From an uncultured Caulobacteraceae bacterium (GTDB lineage: Bacteria; Pseudomonadota; Alphaproteobacteria; Caulobacterales; Caulobacteraceae), in NCBI GenBank assembly GCA_903870555.1, contig CAIQDO010000170.1:1067-65066 (forward strand): DNA of 64,000 bases, given 5' to 3'. A program made the translations under genes and the position numbers. The notes beneath the pieces were generated by a model that ran no database searches, had not been told where the DNA came from, and worked only from the letters and a program-made list of their open reading frames with translations. Below, in pieces: positions 36,530-50,158 of this stretch. Positions within the stretch are counted from its first letter, which is position 1. Each line of letters opens with the position of its first letter.

Positions 36530-37557
36530 TGCCGGTCGAGGACCAGCACCCGGAATGTGCCCGGCTTCACGGCCGGACGCTGACCGGGCGCCGTGGGCGG
36601 CAGGTACTCGGCGGCCGGAAGATAGATACGGCCGGTCTTCGGATCGACCGTTCCCGTCCGCGCGCCGACCTGGGTGACGACCGTGTCGATGACGGTGTTG
36701 TCGGCCGCCCCCGAGAGGGCGATCACGGAAAGCGTCCCCGCGCCACCCGAGGGAATGTAGGCGAGGTTACGGCCCGCGTCATAGATCACCGCGTCCGGCC
36801 GAGCGCCGATCTTCAAGGCGGCGATCTGCCGGCCCGAGGCCGCGTCGAGGATTTCGGCCACCCCATTGGCGCAGGCCGACACCAGCCGGCCGCCCGCGAC
36901 ATAGGCAAGGCCGGTGGGCGCGACACAGCCCGGGAGGTCGTAGGCGCCAGTGACGGCCTTGGTCGCCAGGTCGATGACGACGATGGTGTGCTTGTTCTCG
37001 TCGTTGACGAACAGCTTACCGTGACCGTCCAGGGCCAGGAACTCCAGCTTGCCGCCGGTCTTGATCGAGGCCGTCACCTTGGCGGCCTTGGGGTCGATGA
37101 AATCGATCTGGCCGCTGTCGCCGCCGACGACCAGAACCTGGCCACTGGCGGGGTCGTAGAGCGCGCTGTCGGCGTCATCGGCTGTTGGAATGGCGGCGAT
37201 CAGGGCGCCGGTGCGGGCATTGAGGATCTTCGCGGTGTTGTCGCCGCTGTTGGTGGTCAGCAGGCGATCGGAGCCGGGAATGGGCGTCACGGCGTGAAGG
37301 TGATTCCCTGACGCGAAGCTGGCGGTGACCGCGCCGGTGTCGGCGTCGATGGCCGTCACCTGCATGCCGTGAGCGACATACACACGCCGACGCGCGGCGT
37401 CGAAGCTGGCGTAATCCCAGCCCCCGTCCGGCCCGGCGATGCGTTCGACCACTTTCAGGCCCGACGCGTTCGGAGCGGATTGGGCGGTGGCGCAGCCCGC
37501 CACGGCAAGCATGGCGACGCTGACGGAGGCCAGGAGAGGTCGGGTCGGTAGGGTCAT
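36526..37557 (-). CDS. YncE/YVTN-type beta-propeller lipoprotein
   Basis: Lipobox VAGC; GGWDYASFD N-terminus; repeated blades (VTAIDADTG, IVVIDLAT, VIYDAGRNLAY). Confidence 0.82.
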   Translation of the reverse strand: MTLPTRPLLASVSVAMLAVAGCATAQSAPNASGLKVVERIAGPDGGWDYASFDAARRRVYVAHGMQVTAIDADTGAVTASFASGNHLHAVTPIPGSDRLLTTNSGDNTAKILNARTGALIAAIPTADDADSALYDPASGQVLVVGGDSGQIDFIDPKAAKVTASIKTGGKLEFLALDGHGKLFVNDENKHTIVVIDLATKAVTGAYDLPGCVAPTGLAYVAGGRLVSACANGVAEILDAASGRQIAALKIGARPDAVIYDAGRNLAYIPSGGAGTLSVIALSGAADNTVIDTVVTQVGARTGTVDPKTGRIYLPAAEYLPPTAPGQRPAVKPGTFRVLVLDRQ

Positions 37558-37612
37558 GAGAGCCTCAATAGAGAATTGTGAGTCGAAGGAACCCGGCTTG
37601 TGGTCCGCCGGT

Positions 37613-37628
37613 ATGACAGGGTTGTGAT
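37613..37628. promoter_or_regulatory. CusR/CopR-like inverted repeat upstream of the YncE operon
   Basis: ATGACAGGGTTGTGAT versus consensus ATGACAAnnTTGTCAT (two mismatches), 55-70 bp upstream of the YncE start. Confidence 0.35.
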
Positions 37629-37644
37629 CACCGTCCAGACGGCG

Positions 37645-37995
37645 TCAGTCGACCGGAATGAACAGCGACCGGCGGACCTGACCCGAGACCGCGCGGGAAA
37701 GGTGGCCCTTGCCGGTGACGTCTTCAGCCAGGATCACCTCGCCGGGGCCGATCACCCGCACCTCGCCGTCGCTCACCGTGATCTCGACTGCCGCATCGAG
37801 GTTGACGATGTACTGACGGCGGGGGGCGTTGTGCCAATCCAGGGCGTAGTCGCCGCCGGTCTCGCGAAAGATCACGCCGGTCGCCGGCAGGCGCTCCGAC
37901 ATCCGCCCACCGAGTCGCTCATGCGCCCAGGCGACGTCGACGTCGCGGAAATGGCTCTCGCCATCGGCGTCGGCGTAGATGTTGTGAACTTTCAT
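37645..37995 (-). CDS. Small cupin-domain protein
   Basis: DGESHF, WHNAPRRQY, EDVTGKGH. ATG 37995 preferred. Confidence 0.8.
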   Translation of the reverse strand: MKVHNIYADADGESHFRDVDVAWAHERLGGRMSERLPATGVIFRETGGDYALDWHNAPRRQYIVNLDAAVEITVSDGEVRVIGPGEVILAEDVTGKGHLSRAVSGQVRRSLFIPVD

Positions 37996-38100
37996 GGCGT
38001 CGCGCTCCCTGGGACCTTCTAAGACTGACCCTAAGTCAGACTTGCCAGAGTCCGCCACGTCCCGCCAGAGTGATGCAAACACGCAGGGAGCCCCGGGCCA

Positions 38101-38910
38101 ATGACCGACCGCATCACCGTGACCATCGAAGACGGCGTCGCCGACGTCCGCATGGTCCGCACCGACAAGATGAACGCCCTCGACGACGCCATGTTTGAGG
38201 CCTTGGTTACAACCGGCGAGCGGCTGATCGCCGAGCCGGGCCTGCGCGCGGTCGTGCTGTCAGGCGAAGGCCGGGCCTTTTGCGCCGGCCTGGACATGGG
38301 AAACTTCGGTAGAATGGCCGAGGGGCCGCGCACCAGCGGCGCCACCAGCCAGGAGGCGCTGACCCGGCGCACGCACGGCATCACCAACCGGGCGCAATAC
38401 GCCGTCTGGGTTTGGCGCGAAATTCCCGTGCCCGTGATCGCGGCGGTGCACGGCGTGGCCTTCGGCGGCGGCTTCCAGCTGGCCCTCGGCGCCGACATGC
38501 GCTTCGTCGCCCCCGACACCCGGATGGCCGTGCTGGAGATCAAGTGGGGCCTGGTGCCCGACATGGCCGGCACCATGCTGATGCGTCACCTGGCGCGCGA
38601 AGACGTCGTGCGGGAGCTGACCTACACAGGCCGCATCTTCTCCGGAGAAGAAGCCCTGGCCATGGGTTTCGCCACCCGGGTCTGCGCCGATCCCCATGCC
38701 GAGGCCCTGGCAGTGGCCCGCGAGATCGCCGGCAAGAACCCTCACGCGGTGCGGGCGTCCAAGCGGCTGCTCAACGCCGCCGTCGTCACCGACGAGGGCT
38801 CGGGCATGCTGCAGGAAACGGTCGAACAGATCGCCCTGATCGGCAGCCCCAATCAGATCGAGGCGGTGATGGCCAATATGCAAAAACGCGCGCCGGCCTT
38901 CACCGACTGA
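38101..38910 (+). CDS. Enoyl-CoA hydratase/isomerase (crotonase)
   Basis: DKMNALD, AFCAGLD, GGGFQLALGADMR, EIKWGLVPD. Confidence 0.92.
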   Translation: MTDRITVTIEDGVADVRMVRTDKMNALDDAMFEALVTTGERLIAEPGLRAVVLSGEGRAFCAGLDMGNFGRMAEGPRTSGATSQEALTRRTHGITNRAQYAVWVWREIPVPVIAAVHGVAFGGGFQLALGADMRFVAPDTRMAVLEIKWGLVPDMAGTMLMRHLAREDVVRELTYTGRIFSGEEALAMGFATRVCADPHAEALAVAREIAGKNPHAVRASKRLLNAAVVTDEGSGMLQETVEQIALIGSPNQIEAVMANMQKRAPAFTD

Positions 38911-39526
38911 GCACCTCATCCGTGTAGGTCTCGATCACTAGGCTGAAGGGCGCGCCCTCGGCGGAAATAAGCACGGCGCGGTGTCGGAGCACCGCGTGCG
39001 GGGCCTTTCGCCCGCCACCGTCGCCCGGTAAGGCCGCGCGCATCGGATCGAACAGCCAGTCGACGCCCAGCGTCCTTCGATGAAATCCAAGCGGCCCGAC
39101 CACCACGCCGAACGGCCGGTCGGTGGCGTCCAGGACGTCGTTCATCGCCGCCGTCAGCTTGCCGGGCCGATACCAGTTGTCCGCTTCCGACAGCACCCGC
39201 TCGCCGCAGCGCAGGCGAACCCGCCGATAGCGCAAGGGCTCGCCCGGCGCCGCGCCCAGGGCCTCGCGGACAGCGGCGTCGGCGGGCTTCTCGACATCGC
39301 GCACCCGTTCGGCGCGGATCACCGCGGGATCGGCCAGGCGGTTGTCGGCGCACCATCGCCGCAGCGCTTCGCTTGCGCTGTCGGTGGCGTCCAGCGCCGC
39401 CTCGAAGCGGACCAGGGCGTCCCGGGCGGCGGCGCGCCCGGCGTCGGTCACGGGCCAGTCCGCCGCCATGGCAAGGCGCGGCGTCACACCGGCAACCAGA
39501 GCGAGCAGAAGGATCGAGAGTCTCAT
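38900..39526 (-). CDS. Secreted hypothetical protein, chorismate-lyase/UTRA-like fold
   Basis: Signal peptide (AMA-A). SASEAL, RRVRLRCGERVLSEADNWY, TDRPFG and FSLVIETY recall the UbiC layout; fold assigned from memory only. Confidence 0.6.
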   Translation of the reverse strand: MRLSILLLALVAGVTPRLAMAADWPVTDAGRAAARDALVRFEAALDATDSASEALRRWCADNRLADPAVIRAERVRDVEKPADAAVREALGAAPGEPLRYRRVRLRCGERVLSEADNWYRPGKLTAAMNDVLDATDRPFGVVVGPLGFHRRTLGVDWLFDPMRAALPGDGGGRKAPHAVLRHRAVLISAEGAPFSLVIETYTDEVLSR

Positions 39527-39639
39527 CGCCCCGATGTGCCCCCTGCCGCCGAAGGCGTCGAGAGCAAACGCCGATCGCGGACTTGTGTCCTGGGCGATTA
39601 GGCGTTCAAATCCCGCATATAAGAATGAGGAACCGTTCC

Positions 39640-40830
39640 ATGGCCTATGTCCAGGACCGTATCGTCCACGACGCCGACTCGCATCTGATGGAGCTCCAGG
39701 ATTGCCTGGATCCCTATTTCGATCGCCGCATGCTCGCCGCCTATCACGATCTGGCCAGCTATCGTCACAAGGTCGGGGACGGACGATGGGCGGCCACGGC
39801 CCGGCGAAAGCAGGATGACCCGGAATTCCGCGCCGGCGACGCCGAGAACATCCTGCTGCGCAAGAACTACGAGGCGCTCGGCTCCTTCCGCGCCGCCGAT
39901 CGCCCGCACGCGCTCGACCTGCTCGGCTTCGCCAGCCAGCTGGTGTTCACAACCTTTTGTCTGGGCAACTTCGGCCTGGACCAGGATGGCCCGGCGGATC
40001 TCTGCTACGCCGCCGCCCAGGCCCACAACCGGATGATGACCGACTTCTGCTCGGTGGACCGGCGCTTCCTGGCCACGGCCTATGTTCCTCTGGTCGATTT
40101 CGCCCGCGCGGCGGAAACGGCGCGGGAAGCCATCGAACTGGGCGCCAAGGCCCTGATGATTCCGTCGCGCTGCCCCAACGGCCACTCGCCCAGCCATATC
40201 GCCTTTGACGCCGTCTGGGGCCGAGCGCAGGAAGCGGGCATTCCGATCCTGTTCCACGTCGGCGGCGAGGAGAAGATCAACCCGGCCTATTTCGAGAACG
40301 GCATGCCACGCGTGAAGGACTTCCACGGCGGCGAGGAGAACTTCACCTCGGTCAGCTACATGACCATTCCCATATCGGTCATGCAGACCCTGGCGGCGAT
40401 GATCATCGACGGGGTAATGGACCGTTTTCCGCGGCTGAAGTTCGGCGTGATCGAACTGGGGGCCTCCTGGCTGCCGGGGTGGATGAAGTCGATGGACTCG
40501 GCCCATCTTGCGTTCTTCAAGAACGAGGATCGCCTGCACCGTCTGTCCGCGACCCCGAGCGAGATTGTCCGGCGCCAGGTTCGCGTCACCCCTTACCCGC
40601 ATGAGAACGCCGGCTGGCTGATCAACCAGGCGGGGTCCGAGACCTGCCTGTTCTCGTCCGACTTCCCGCATGTCGAGGGCGGCCGCAATCCGCTGAAACG
40701 CTTCGGCGATTCCCTGGTCGGCGTCGGACCGGAGGCGGTGGACGCGTTCTACGCCGGCAACTTCATCGACCTGATGGGGGCGGGATTGGCCGAAGACCTT
40801 CGTCGTCCCCGACATCTCGCGGCGGCCTGA
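39640..40830 (+). CDS. Amidohydrolase_2 family metallohydrolase
   Basis: [30 protein letters not shown]. Start ATG 39640 with upstream GAGGA. Confidence 0.88.
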   Translation: MAYVQDRIVHDADSHLMELQDCLDPYFDRRMLAAYHDLASYRHKVGDGRWAATARRKQDDPEFRAGDAENILLRKNYEALGSFRAADRPHALDLLGFASQLVFTTFCLGNFGLDQDGPADLCYAAAQAHNRMMTDFCSVDRRFLATAYVPLVDFARAAETAREAIELGAKALMIPSRCPNGHSPSHIAFDAVWGRAQEAGIPILFHVGGEEKINPAYFENGMPRVKDFHGGEENFTSVSYMTIPISVMQTLAAMIIDGVMDRFPRLKFGVIELGASWLPGWMKSMDSAHLAFFKNEDRLHRLSATPSEIVRRQVRVTPYPHENAGWLINQAGSETCLFSSDFPHVEGGRNPLKRFGDSLVGVGPEAVDAFYAGNFIDLMGAGLAEDLRRPRHLAAA

Positions 40831-40874
40831 CCGCCACTGATTCCCTTGGGGCCCGCGATGCTCTACACGGCCCC

Positions 40875-41741
40875 ATGACCGACGAACCCTTGCAGATCAT
40901 CGCCCGGGGGCCGCGCGCCCCCGCTGAAGCCGCTTCCGTCGCCCTGGACGGGGACCCTGGTCTGGAAGGTGTCACCTATTCGATCATCGAAGAGGACGAG
41001 GACAAGGGCGTCTTCCGCATCGACGCCTACCCGAACACCACGATCGAATCGGACCGGTTCCGCGACCACCTGGCGCGGTTCCCCGAGCTTCAGGTGACGG
41101 TCGAGAAACTCGGCGACGCCGACTGGCTGGCGATGGCGCTGTCGGGGCTCCCGCCGGTCAGGGCCGGCCGGTTCTTCGTGTTCGGCATGCACGACCGCGG
41201 GCGCACGCCGGTCAACACCGTCAATCTGCGCATCGAGGCCGGGGCGGCGTTCGGCACGGGCCACCATGGCAGCACCGTGGGCTGCCTGGCGGCGTTCGAC
41301 TATATGCTGCGGGGCAATCGGTTCGATCGCGTGCTCGACGTCGGCGCCGGAACCGGCGTGCTGGCCATCGCCGCGGCGCGCACCGGCTCGAGTGTGACCC
41401 TCGGCACGGACATCGACCCCGTGTCGGTGCGCATCGCCCGTGAGAACGCCAAGGTGAACCATACCAACAGCCGCTTCTTCACCGCCAGCGGCCTTGGCCA
41501 CCCGGTCATCGAGGCCGGCGCCCCCTACGATCTGGTGTTCGCCAATATTCTCGCCAGGCCGTTGGTGTGGCTGTCGCACGACATCTACTCCGCCCTGAAG
41601 CCCGGCGGCGTGGCGATCCTGTCTGGACTGTTGCGATCCCAGGCGAGGCAGGTGCTGGCCGCCTATGTGTCGAAGGGCTTCAAGCTGGAACGTCGGCTGG
41701 GACGCGACGCCTGGGCGACCTTGATCCTTCGCCGACGATAG
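40875..41741 (+). CDS. prmA: Ribosomal protein L11 methyltransferase
   Basis: [40 protein letters not shown]. Confidence 0.92.
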   Translation: MTDEPLQIIARGPRAPAEAASVALDGDPGLEGVTYSIIEEDEDKGVFRIDAYPNTTIESDRFRDHLARFPELQVTVEKLGDADWLAMALSGLPPVRAGRFFVFGMHDRGRTPVNTVNLRIEAGAAFGTGHHGSTVGCLAAFDYMLRGNRFDRVLDVGAGTGVLAIAAARTGSSVTLGTDIDPVSVRIARENAKVNHTNSRFFTASGLGHPVIEAGAPYDLVFANILARPLVWLSHDIYSALKPGGVAILSGLLRSQARQVLAAYVSKGFKLERRLGRDAWATLILRRR

Positions 41742-41799
41742 AGCGCCGGCCACGGGCGTTTTCTTTGCGCCGGGCGACGTGTGGTCGTAAAACCCTCCC

Positions 41800-43620
41800 A
41801 TGCGCCAGACCTTCGACGACTCCGCCGCCCCGTCCTTCGGACCGCTCCACACGCCGTTGATCCGCGAGGCCATGGCGCGGCAGGGCCTGGATGGCTTCCT
41901 GATCCCGCATGAGGACGAGCACCAGAACGAGTATCTGCCGGCGGCCAACGACCGGTTGGCCTGGGCCACCGGCTTCACCGGTTCGGCCGGCGCGGCGGTG
42001 ATCCTGAAGGACAAGGCCGCAGTGTTCGTCGACGGCCGCTACACCATCCAGGTGCGCGATCAGGTCGACCCGTCGGTGTTCGAGATCCGCGATCTGGTCG
42101 AGGGGGGCGTGCCGGCCTATCTGCGCGAGAACGCCCGCCCCGGCTGGACCATCGGTTACGACCCTCGGCTGCACAGCCCAGACTCCCTCGGCGCGTTGAA
42201 GGAGGCCGCCGGCAAGACGGGCGCGACCCTGACGGCGGTCGAGGCCAATCCCCTCGATTCGGCCTGGGGCGAGGCGCGGCCGGCCCAGCCGAAAGCACCG
42301 ATCGTTCCTCACCCCCTGGCGTACGCCGGCGAGGACTCCTCGGCCAAGCGCGCCCGCATCGGCGCCGACCTGGCAGCCCTTGGCGCCGAAGCCGCCGTTC
42401 TCACCGCCCCCGCGTCGCTGGCCTGGCTGTTCAACATCCGCGGCGGCGACGTCATCCGCAGTCCCCTCCCCCTCGGCCAGGCCATCCTCAACGCCGACGG
42501 CACGGCGCGGATCTTCCTAGACCCGGACAAGGTCACCGCCGACCTGCCGGCGTGGCTCGGCAATGAAGTGCGTCTGGAAACGCCTGACGACCTCGTCGGA
42601 GCCCTGGCCGACCTGAAGGGTCGCCGGGTGCTGATCGACCCGTCGCAGTCATCGGCCTGGTACTTCGGCGCCCTTGCCGAAGCCGGCGCCCAGACGGTGC
42701 GAGGCGCCGATCCGACCGCCCTGCCGCGCGCCTGCAAGAACGCCGTGGAGATCGAGGGCGCCCGCCGGGCCCACAGCCGCGACGGCGCCGCCCTCAGCCG
42801 GTTCCTGCACTGGCTGGCCACCGAGGGTCAGATCAACCCGCCCGACGAACTGGAGGCGGTGACGCGGCTTGAGGCGTTCCGCGAGGCGACTGGCGCGCTG
42901 ATGGACCTCTCCTTCGACACCATCGCCGGAGCCATGTCGAACGGGGCCATCTGCCACTATCACCCGACCCGCCGGCTGAACCGCCGGAGCGAATCCGGCT
43001 CCCTGTTGCTGGTGGATTCCGGAGGCCAGTATCTCGACGGCACCACCGACGTGACCCGCACGGTGGCCATCGGCGAACCGTCGGCGGAGATGGCCGAACG
43101 CTTCACCCTGGTGCTGAAGGGCAACCTCGCCCTGGCCCGCGTCCGCTTCCCGGCCGGCACCACCGGCCCGGCGCTCGACGTCCTGGCGCGCCTGCCCCTG
43201 TGGATGGCCGGCCTCGACTACGACCATGGCACCGGACACGGCGTCGGCTCCTACCTCGGCGTGCACGAGGGGCCTCACAGGATCGCCAAGGTCCAGAACA
43301 CCGTCGCCCTTCGCCCCGGCATGGTCGTCTCGAACGAGCCAGGCTACTACAAGGAGGGTGGATACGGCATCCGCATCGAGAACCTTCAGGTCGTCACACC
43401 CTTCGCTGATATCGTCGGCGGCGAGCGGCCGATGCTGGGTTTCGAGACCCTGACCCTGGCGCCGATCGATCGGCGGCTGATCGTGGTCGATCTGCTGTCG
43501 CCAGAGGAACGCGCCCAGCTCGACAGCTACCACGCCCAGGTGCTGGCGGTGGTCGGGCCGCAGGTTCCGGCCGACGTCGCCGCCTGGCTGACCGAGGCCT
43601 GCGCGCCGATCGCGGGATGA
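41800..43620 (+). CDS. Xaa-Pro aminopeptidase (M24B)
   Basis: DEHQNEY, DGRYT, DSGGQYLDGTTD, HGTGHGVG, HEGP, SNEPGYY, GIRIEN. Confidence 0.95.
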   Translation: MRQTFDDSAAPSFGPLHTPLIREAMARQGLDGFLIPHEDEHQNEYLPAANDRLAWATGFTGSAGAAVILKDKAAVFVDGRYTIQVRDQVDPSVFEIRDLVEGGVPAYLRENARPGWTIGYDPRLHSPDSLGALKEAAGKTGATLTAVEANPLDSAWGEARPAQPKAPIVPHPLAYAGEDSSAKRARIGADLAALGAEAAVLTAPASLAWLFNIRGGDVIRSPLPLGQAILNADGTARIFLDPDKVTADLPAWLGNEVRLETPDDLVGALADLKGRRVLIDPSQSSAWYFGALAEAGAQTVRGADPTALPRACKNAVEIEGARRAHSRDGAALSRFLHWLATEGQINPPDELEAVTRLEAFREATGALMDLSFDTIAGAMSNGAICHYHPTRRLNRRSESGSLLLVDSGGQYLDGTTDVTRTVAIGEPSAEMAERFTLVLKGNLALARVRFPAGTTGPALDVLARLPLWMAGLDYDHGTGHGVGSYLGVHEGPHRIAKVQNTVALRPGMVVSNEPGYYKEGGYGIRIENLQVVTPFADIVGGERPMLGFETLTLAPIDRRLIVVDLLSPEERAQLDSYHAQVLAVVGPQVPADVAAWLTEACAPIAG

Positions 43621-44057
43621 TCCTGCGCCAGCTCAAGCTCGACGACATGGACGCGGCGGCCCACGTCCACCGCGCCGCCTTCGACGACCGGCTGCCGTGG
43701 CTATCCGGCTTGCACACGCCCGACGAGGACCGGTGGTACTTCCGCGAGCGGGTATTCGCAGAATGCGAGGTCTGGGGCGTTTTCGAGGGCGGGACGCTGA
43801 CCGGCTTCATCGCCTTCCGCGAGGGCTGGATCGACCAGCTGTACGTTCTGCCGGGCTCGCAGAGCCGCGGCGCCGGCTCCCGCCTGCTCGCCCAGGCTCG
43901 GGCGACCCATCCCGACCTGTCGCTTTGGACATTCCAGCGCAATGCGGCCGCCCGACGGTTCTACGAGACCCGCGGCTTCGTCGCCGAAGAGTTCACCGAC
44001 GGCTCGCGCAACGCGGAGAAGGAGCCGGACGTGCTCTATCGCTGGCGGCGCGGCTGA
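43617..44057 (+). CDS. GNAT N-acetyltransferase
   Basis: LYVLPGSQSRGAGSRLL; LWTFQRNAAARRFYE. Confidence 0.9.
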   Translation: MILRQLKLDDMDAAAHVHRAAFDDRLPWLSGLHTPDEDRWYFRERVFAECEVWGVFEGGTLTGFIAFREGWIDQLYVLPGSQSRGAGSRLLAQARATHPDLSLWTFQRNAAARRFYETRGFVAEEFTDGSRNAEKEPDVLYRWRRG

Positions 44058-44061
44058 ACGG

Positions 44062-47857
<3,796 letters not shown>

Positions 47858-47903
47858 GGGCGCGAGGATGACCGAGTTCGCCCGATGATCAAAGCCTCTG
47901 GGA

Positions 47904-48899
47904 TCAAAGTCCCAGCACGTCGTGCAGGAAGTCCTTCTTGCGCGGCGCAACGGGCTTGGCCGCGACAGCGGCCTTGTCGGACGCGGCCGCCTGAACGACC
48001 GGCGCGGCCGGAACATCGACCGGCGGCGCGGCCAGCGCGGGAGCCGACTTGCGGTGGGGCAGGAACGGAAGGCTCGGCAAAACCGCGCCGCTGCCGCTGC
48101 CGGTCGGGGCGACGGCGGGCTTCAGGCCGCGGGAGGTCAGCAGACCGTAGGCGTCGTGGTACCATGGATCGCCAGGATAGTTGTAGCCAAGCACGGCCCC
48201 GTTCTTGCGGGCCTCGTCCATCAGGCCCACGGTCAGATAGGCTTCCACCAGCCGGTAGAGCGCTTCGGGCGCATGGGACGTCGTCTGGTAGCGCGCCACC
48301 ACGGTGCGGAATCGGCCGATGGCGGCGATCGCATTGCTGTTGCGCAGATAGAATCGCCCGATCGTCATTTCCTTGCCGGCGAGTTGGTCCTGGACCATGT
48401 CGAGCTTCAGACGGGCGTCGATGGCGTATTCGGTTTTCGGATAGCGCTTGATGATTTCGCCCATAGCCCGCTGAGCCTGTTCGGTGGCCGCCTGGTCCCG
48501 CCCGACATCGACGATCTGTTCGAAGTAGCAAATCGCCTTGAGGTAGTAGGCGTAAGGCGTGGCGACGTTGCCCGGGTAGAGGCTGATGAAACGATCCGCG
48601 TCGGCGATCGCCTCGGCATAGTTGTTCGATTCGTAGTGTGCGTAGGCCGTCATCAGGATCGAACGCCTGGACCACTCCGAATAGGGGTGCTGGCGTTCGA
48701 CTTCCCGGAAATAGTTGACCGCATCGCCCCATTGGTGGCGATCCAGAGCGTTGGCGCCGACCGAAAACAGCAGTTCGACGGGCCGTTCCTCGTAGGCCAG
48801 GGTCGGCGTCTTCTTCTTGAACGTGGAACAGCCGGACAGGGTGACGGCGGCGACCAGCGCCAGCGCCAGCGCGCTTCTGACCGAGGGTTTTGACAGCAC
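47904..48899 (-). CDS. bamD: Outer-membrane assembly lipoprotein BamD
   Basis: Lipobox LSGC; VERQHPYSEW, RDQAAT, YPKTEYA, EALYRLVE; upstream of recN. GTG 48899 assumed (ORF opens at 48938). Confidence 0.92.
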   Translation of the reverse strand: MLSKPSVRSALALALVAAVTLSGCSTFKKKTPTLAYEERPVELLFSVGANALDRHQWGDAVNYFREVERQHPYSEWSRRSILMTAYAHYESNNYAEAIADADRFISLYPGNVATPYAYYLKAICYFEQIVDVGRDQAATEQAQRAMGEIIKRYPKTEYAIDARLKLDMVQDQLAGKEMTIGRFYLRNSNAIAAIGRFRTVVARYQTTSHAPEALYRLVEAYLTVGLMDEARKNGAVLGYNYPGDPWYHDAYGLLTSRGLKPAVAPTGSGSGAVLPSLPFLPHRKSAPALAAPPVDVPAAPVVQAAASDKAAVAAKPVAPRKKDFLHDVLGL

Positions 48900-48993
48900 G
48901 GAAGGATACCTCAAAGCGTAAAGGGCGCGCCGCGCCAACCCGTCCGGCTTCTACACCAGCCGTCGAGGCGCGCCAATGATCAGACCGCGTGGA

Positions 48994-49893
48994 TCAGACG
49001 GCGCGCGCGAGGGTGTCTGGCGCCGATGTTATACGCCAAGCCGACGGCCGCGCCAGCAGGGCTCTGGCCAAGGCGTTGTTCAGGCCATGACCGGCGTAAA
49101 GGCCTTCGTATCGGCCGATCAGCGGCGCGCCGAGCAGATAGAGATCGCCGATGGCGTCCAGCGCCTTATGCCGGACGAATTCATCGTCGCGGCGGAGACC
49201 CCGCGGATTGAGAACGGCGCCGTCATCGATCACCACGACATTGTCCAGGCTGCCGCCGCGGGCCAGACCGGCGGCGCGCAAGGCCTCCACTTCATGAAGG
49301 AAGCCGAAGGTTCGGCTGTCGGCCAACTGGTGACGGAACGCCGCTTCATCCACCGACAGGTCGATTCGCTGTCGTCCGATCGCGGCGGCTTCAAAGTGGA
49401 TTTCGAAGGCCAGCTGAAAGTCGTCGGCGGGGGACAGGGTGGCGCGCTTCTCGCCATCGGCGACCGTCACCGGTTCGAGGATCTCCAGGTAGTTTCGACG
49501 CGCCTGCTGGCTGCGCCGCCCGACACTGTCGATGATCGCGACAAAGGGATCGCAGGATCCATCCATGATCGGAATTTCCGGACCGTCGACAGAGACGACG
49601 GCGTTGTCGATACCCAGGCCGCACAAAACGGCCATCAGGTGCTCGACCGTCGATACGGTGACGCCGTCGGCGTTGCCGATGACGGTGCCGAGGCGCGTTT
49701 CGACGACGCGGTTGGCGCGAGCCGGAATGCGCGGATCGCGATCACCGACATCGACACGCAGGAAAACCACGCCGGAATCCGGGGCCCCGGGGGAAATCAC
49801 CACATTCAGGGCGTGTCCGGAATGGACGCCGATGCCGGAACAGGCTGCGGCGGCCTTCAGCGTATGTTGCAGGTGCGACGCCAAGTTCACCAT
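48994..49893 (-). CDS. lpxC: UDP-3-O-acyl-GlcNAc deacetylase
   Basis: GIGVHSG, TVEHL, EIPIMDGS, RTFGF, RHKALDAIGDL. Start about 49893. Confidence 0.95.
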   Translation of the reverse strand: MVNLASHLQHTLKAAAACSGIGVHSGHALNVVISPGAPDSGVVFLRVDVGDRDPRIPARANRVVETRLGTVIGNADGVTVSTVEHLMAVLCGLGIDNAVVSVDGPEIPIMDGSCDPFVAIIDSVGRRSQQARRNYLEILEPVTVADGEKRATLSPADDFQLAFEIHFEAAAIGRQRIDLSVDEAAFRHQLADSRTFGFLHEVEALRAAGLARGGSLDNVVVIDDGAVLNPRGLRRDDEFVRHKALDAIGDLYLLGAPLIGRYEGLYAGHGLNNALARALLARPSAWRITSAPDTLARAV

Positions 49894-50052
49894 CCTGTCA
49901 TGACCGGCCGCGACCCGACCCTGGATCATGGGTCTCGCATTTGAAACCCTATAAGGGCGGCGGACACGGAACAAAACAACTCATGTTTCCCACTGTATCT
50001 CGCCGCAAATCATTGATCTTAAATGGAAAAGTAGAAATCCCAGTGCGAAGCG

Positions 50053-50084
50053 AACGCCCGCCGAACAGCGGTTCGGCGGGCGTT
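50053..50084 (-). terminator. Perfect 14-bp hairpin between ftsZ and lpxC
   Basis: AACGCCCGCCGAAC-AGCG-GTTCGGCGGGCGTT; short U tail on the minus strand. Confidence 0.65.
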
Positions 50085-50158
50085 GCAGTCGGACTGGCGT
50101 CCCGTCGGCGGGCTTAGCGGCAATCGACGGCAGCCCGTGTCGTTGGGAGCGGCGAGGG

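Noticed and set aside
32835-40830. Organofluorine catabolic island hypothesis (Fluc plus hydrolase, crotonase, dehydrogenase)
   Set aside because: No haloacid or fluoroacetate dehalogenase motif seen, and mixed gene orientations; proximity alone is not enough.
50009-50030. FNR/FixK- or CtrA-like site upstream of lpxC (ATCATTGATCTTAAAT)
   Set aside because: Only one half-site matches either consensus.
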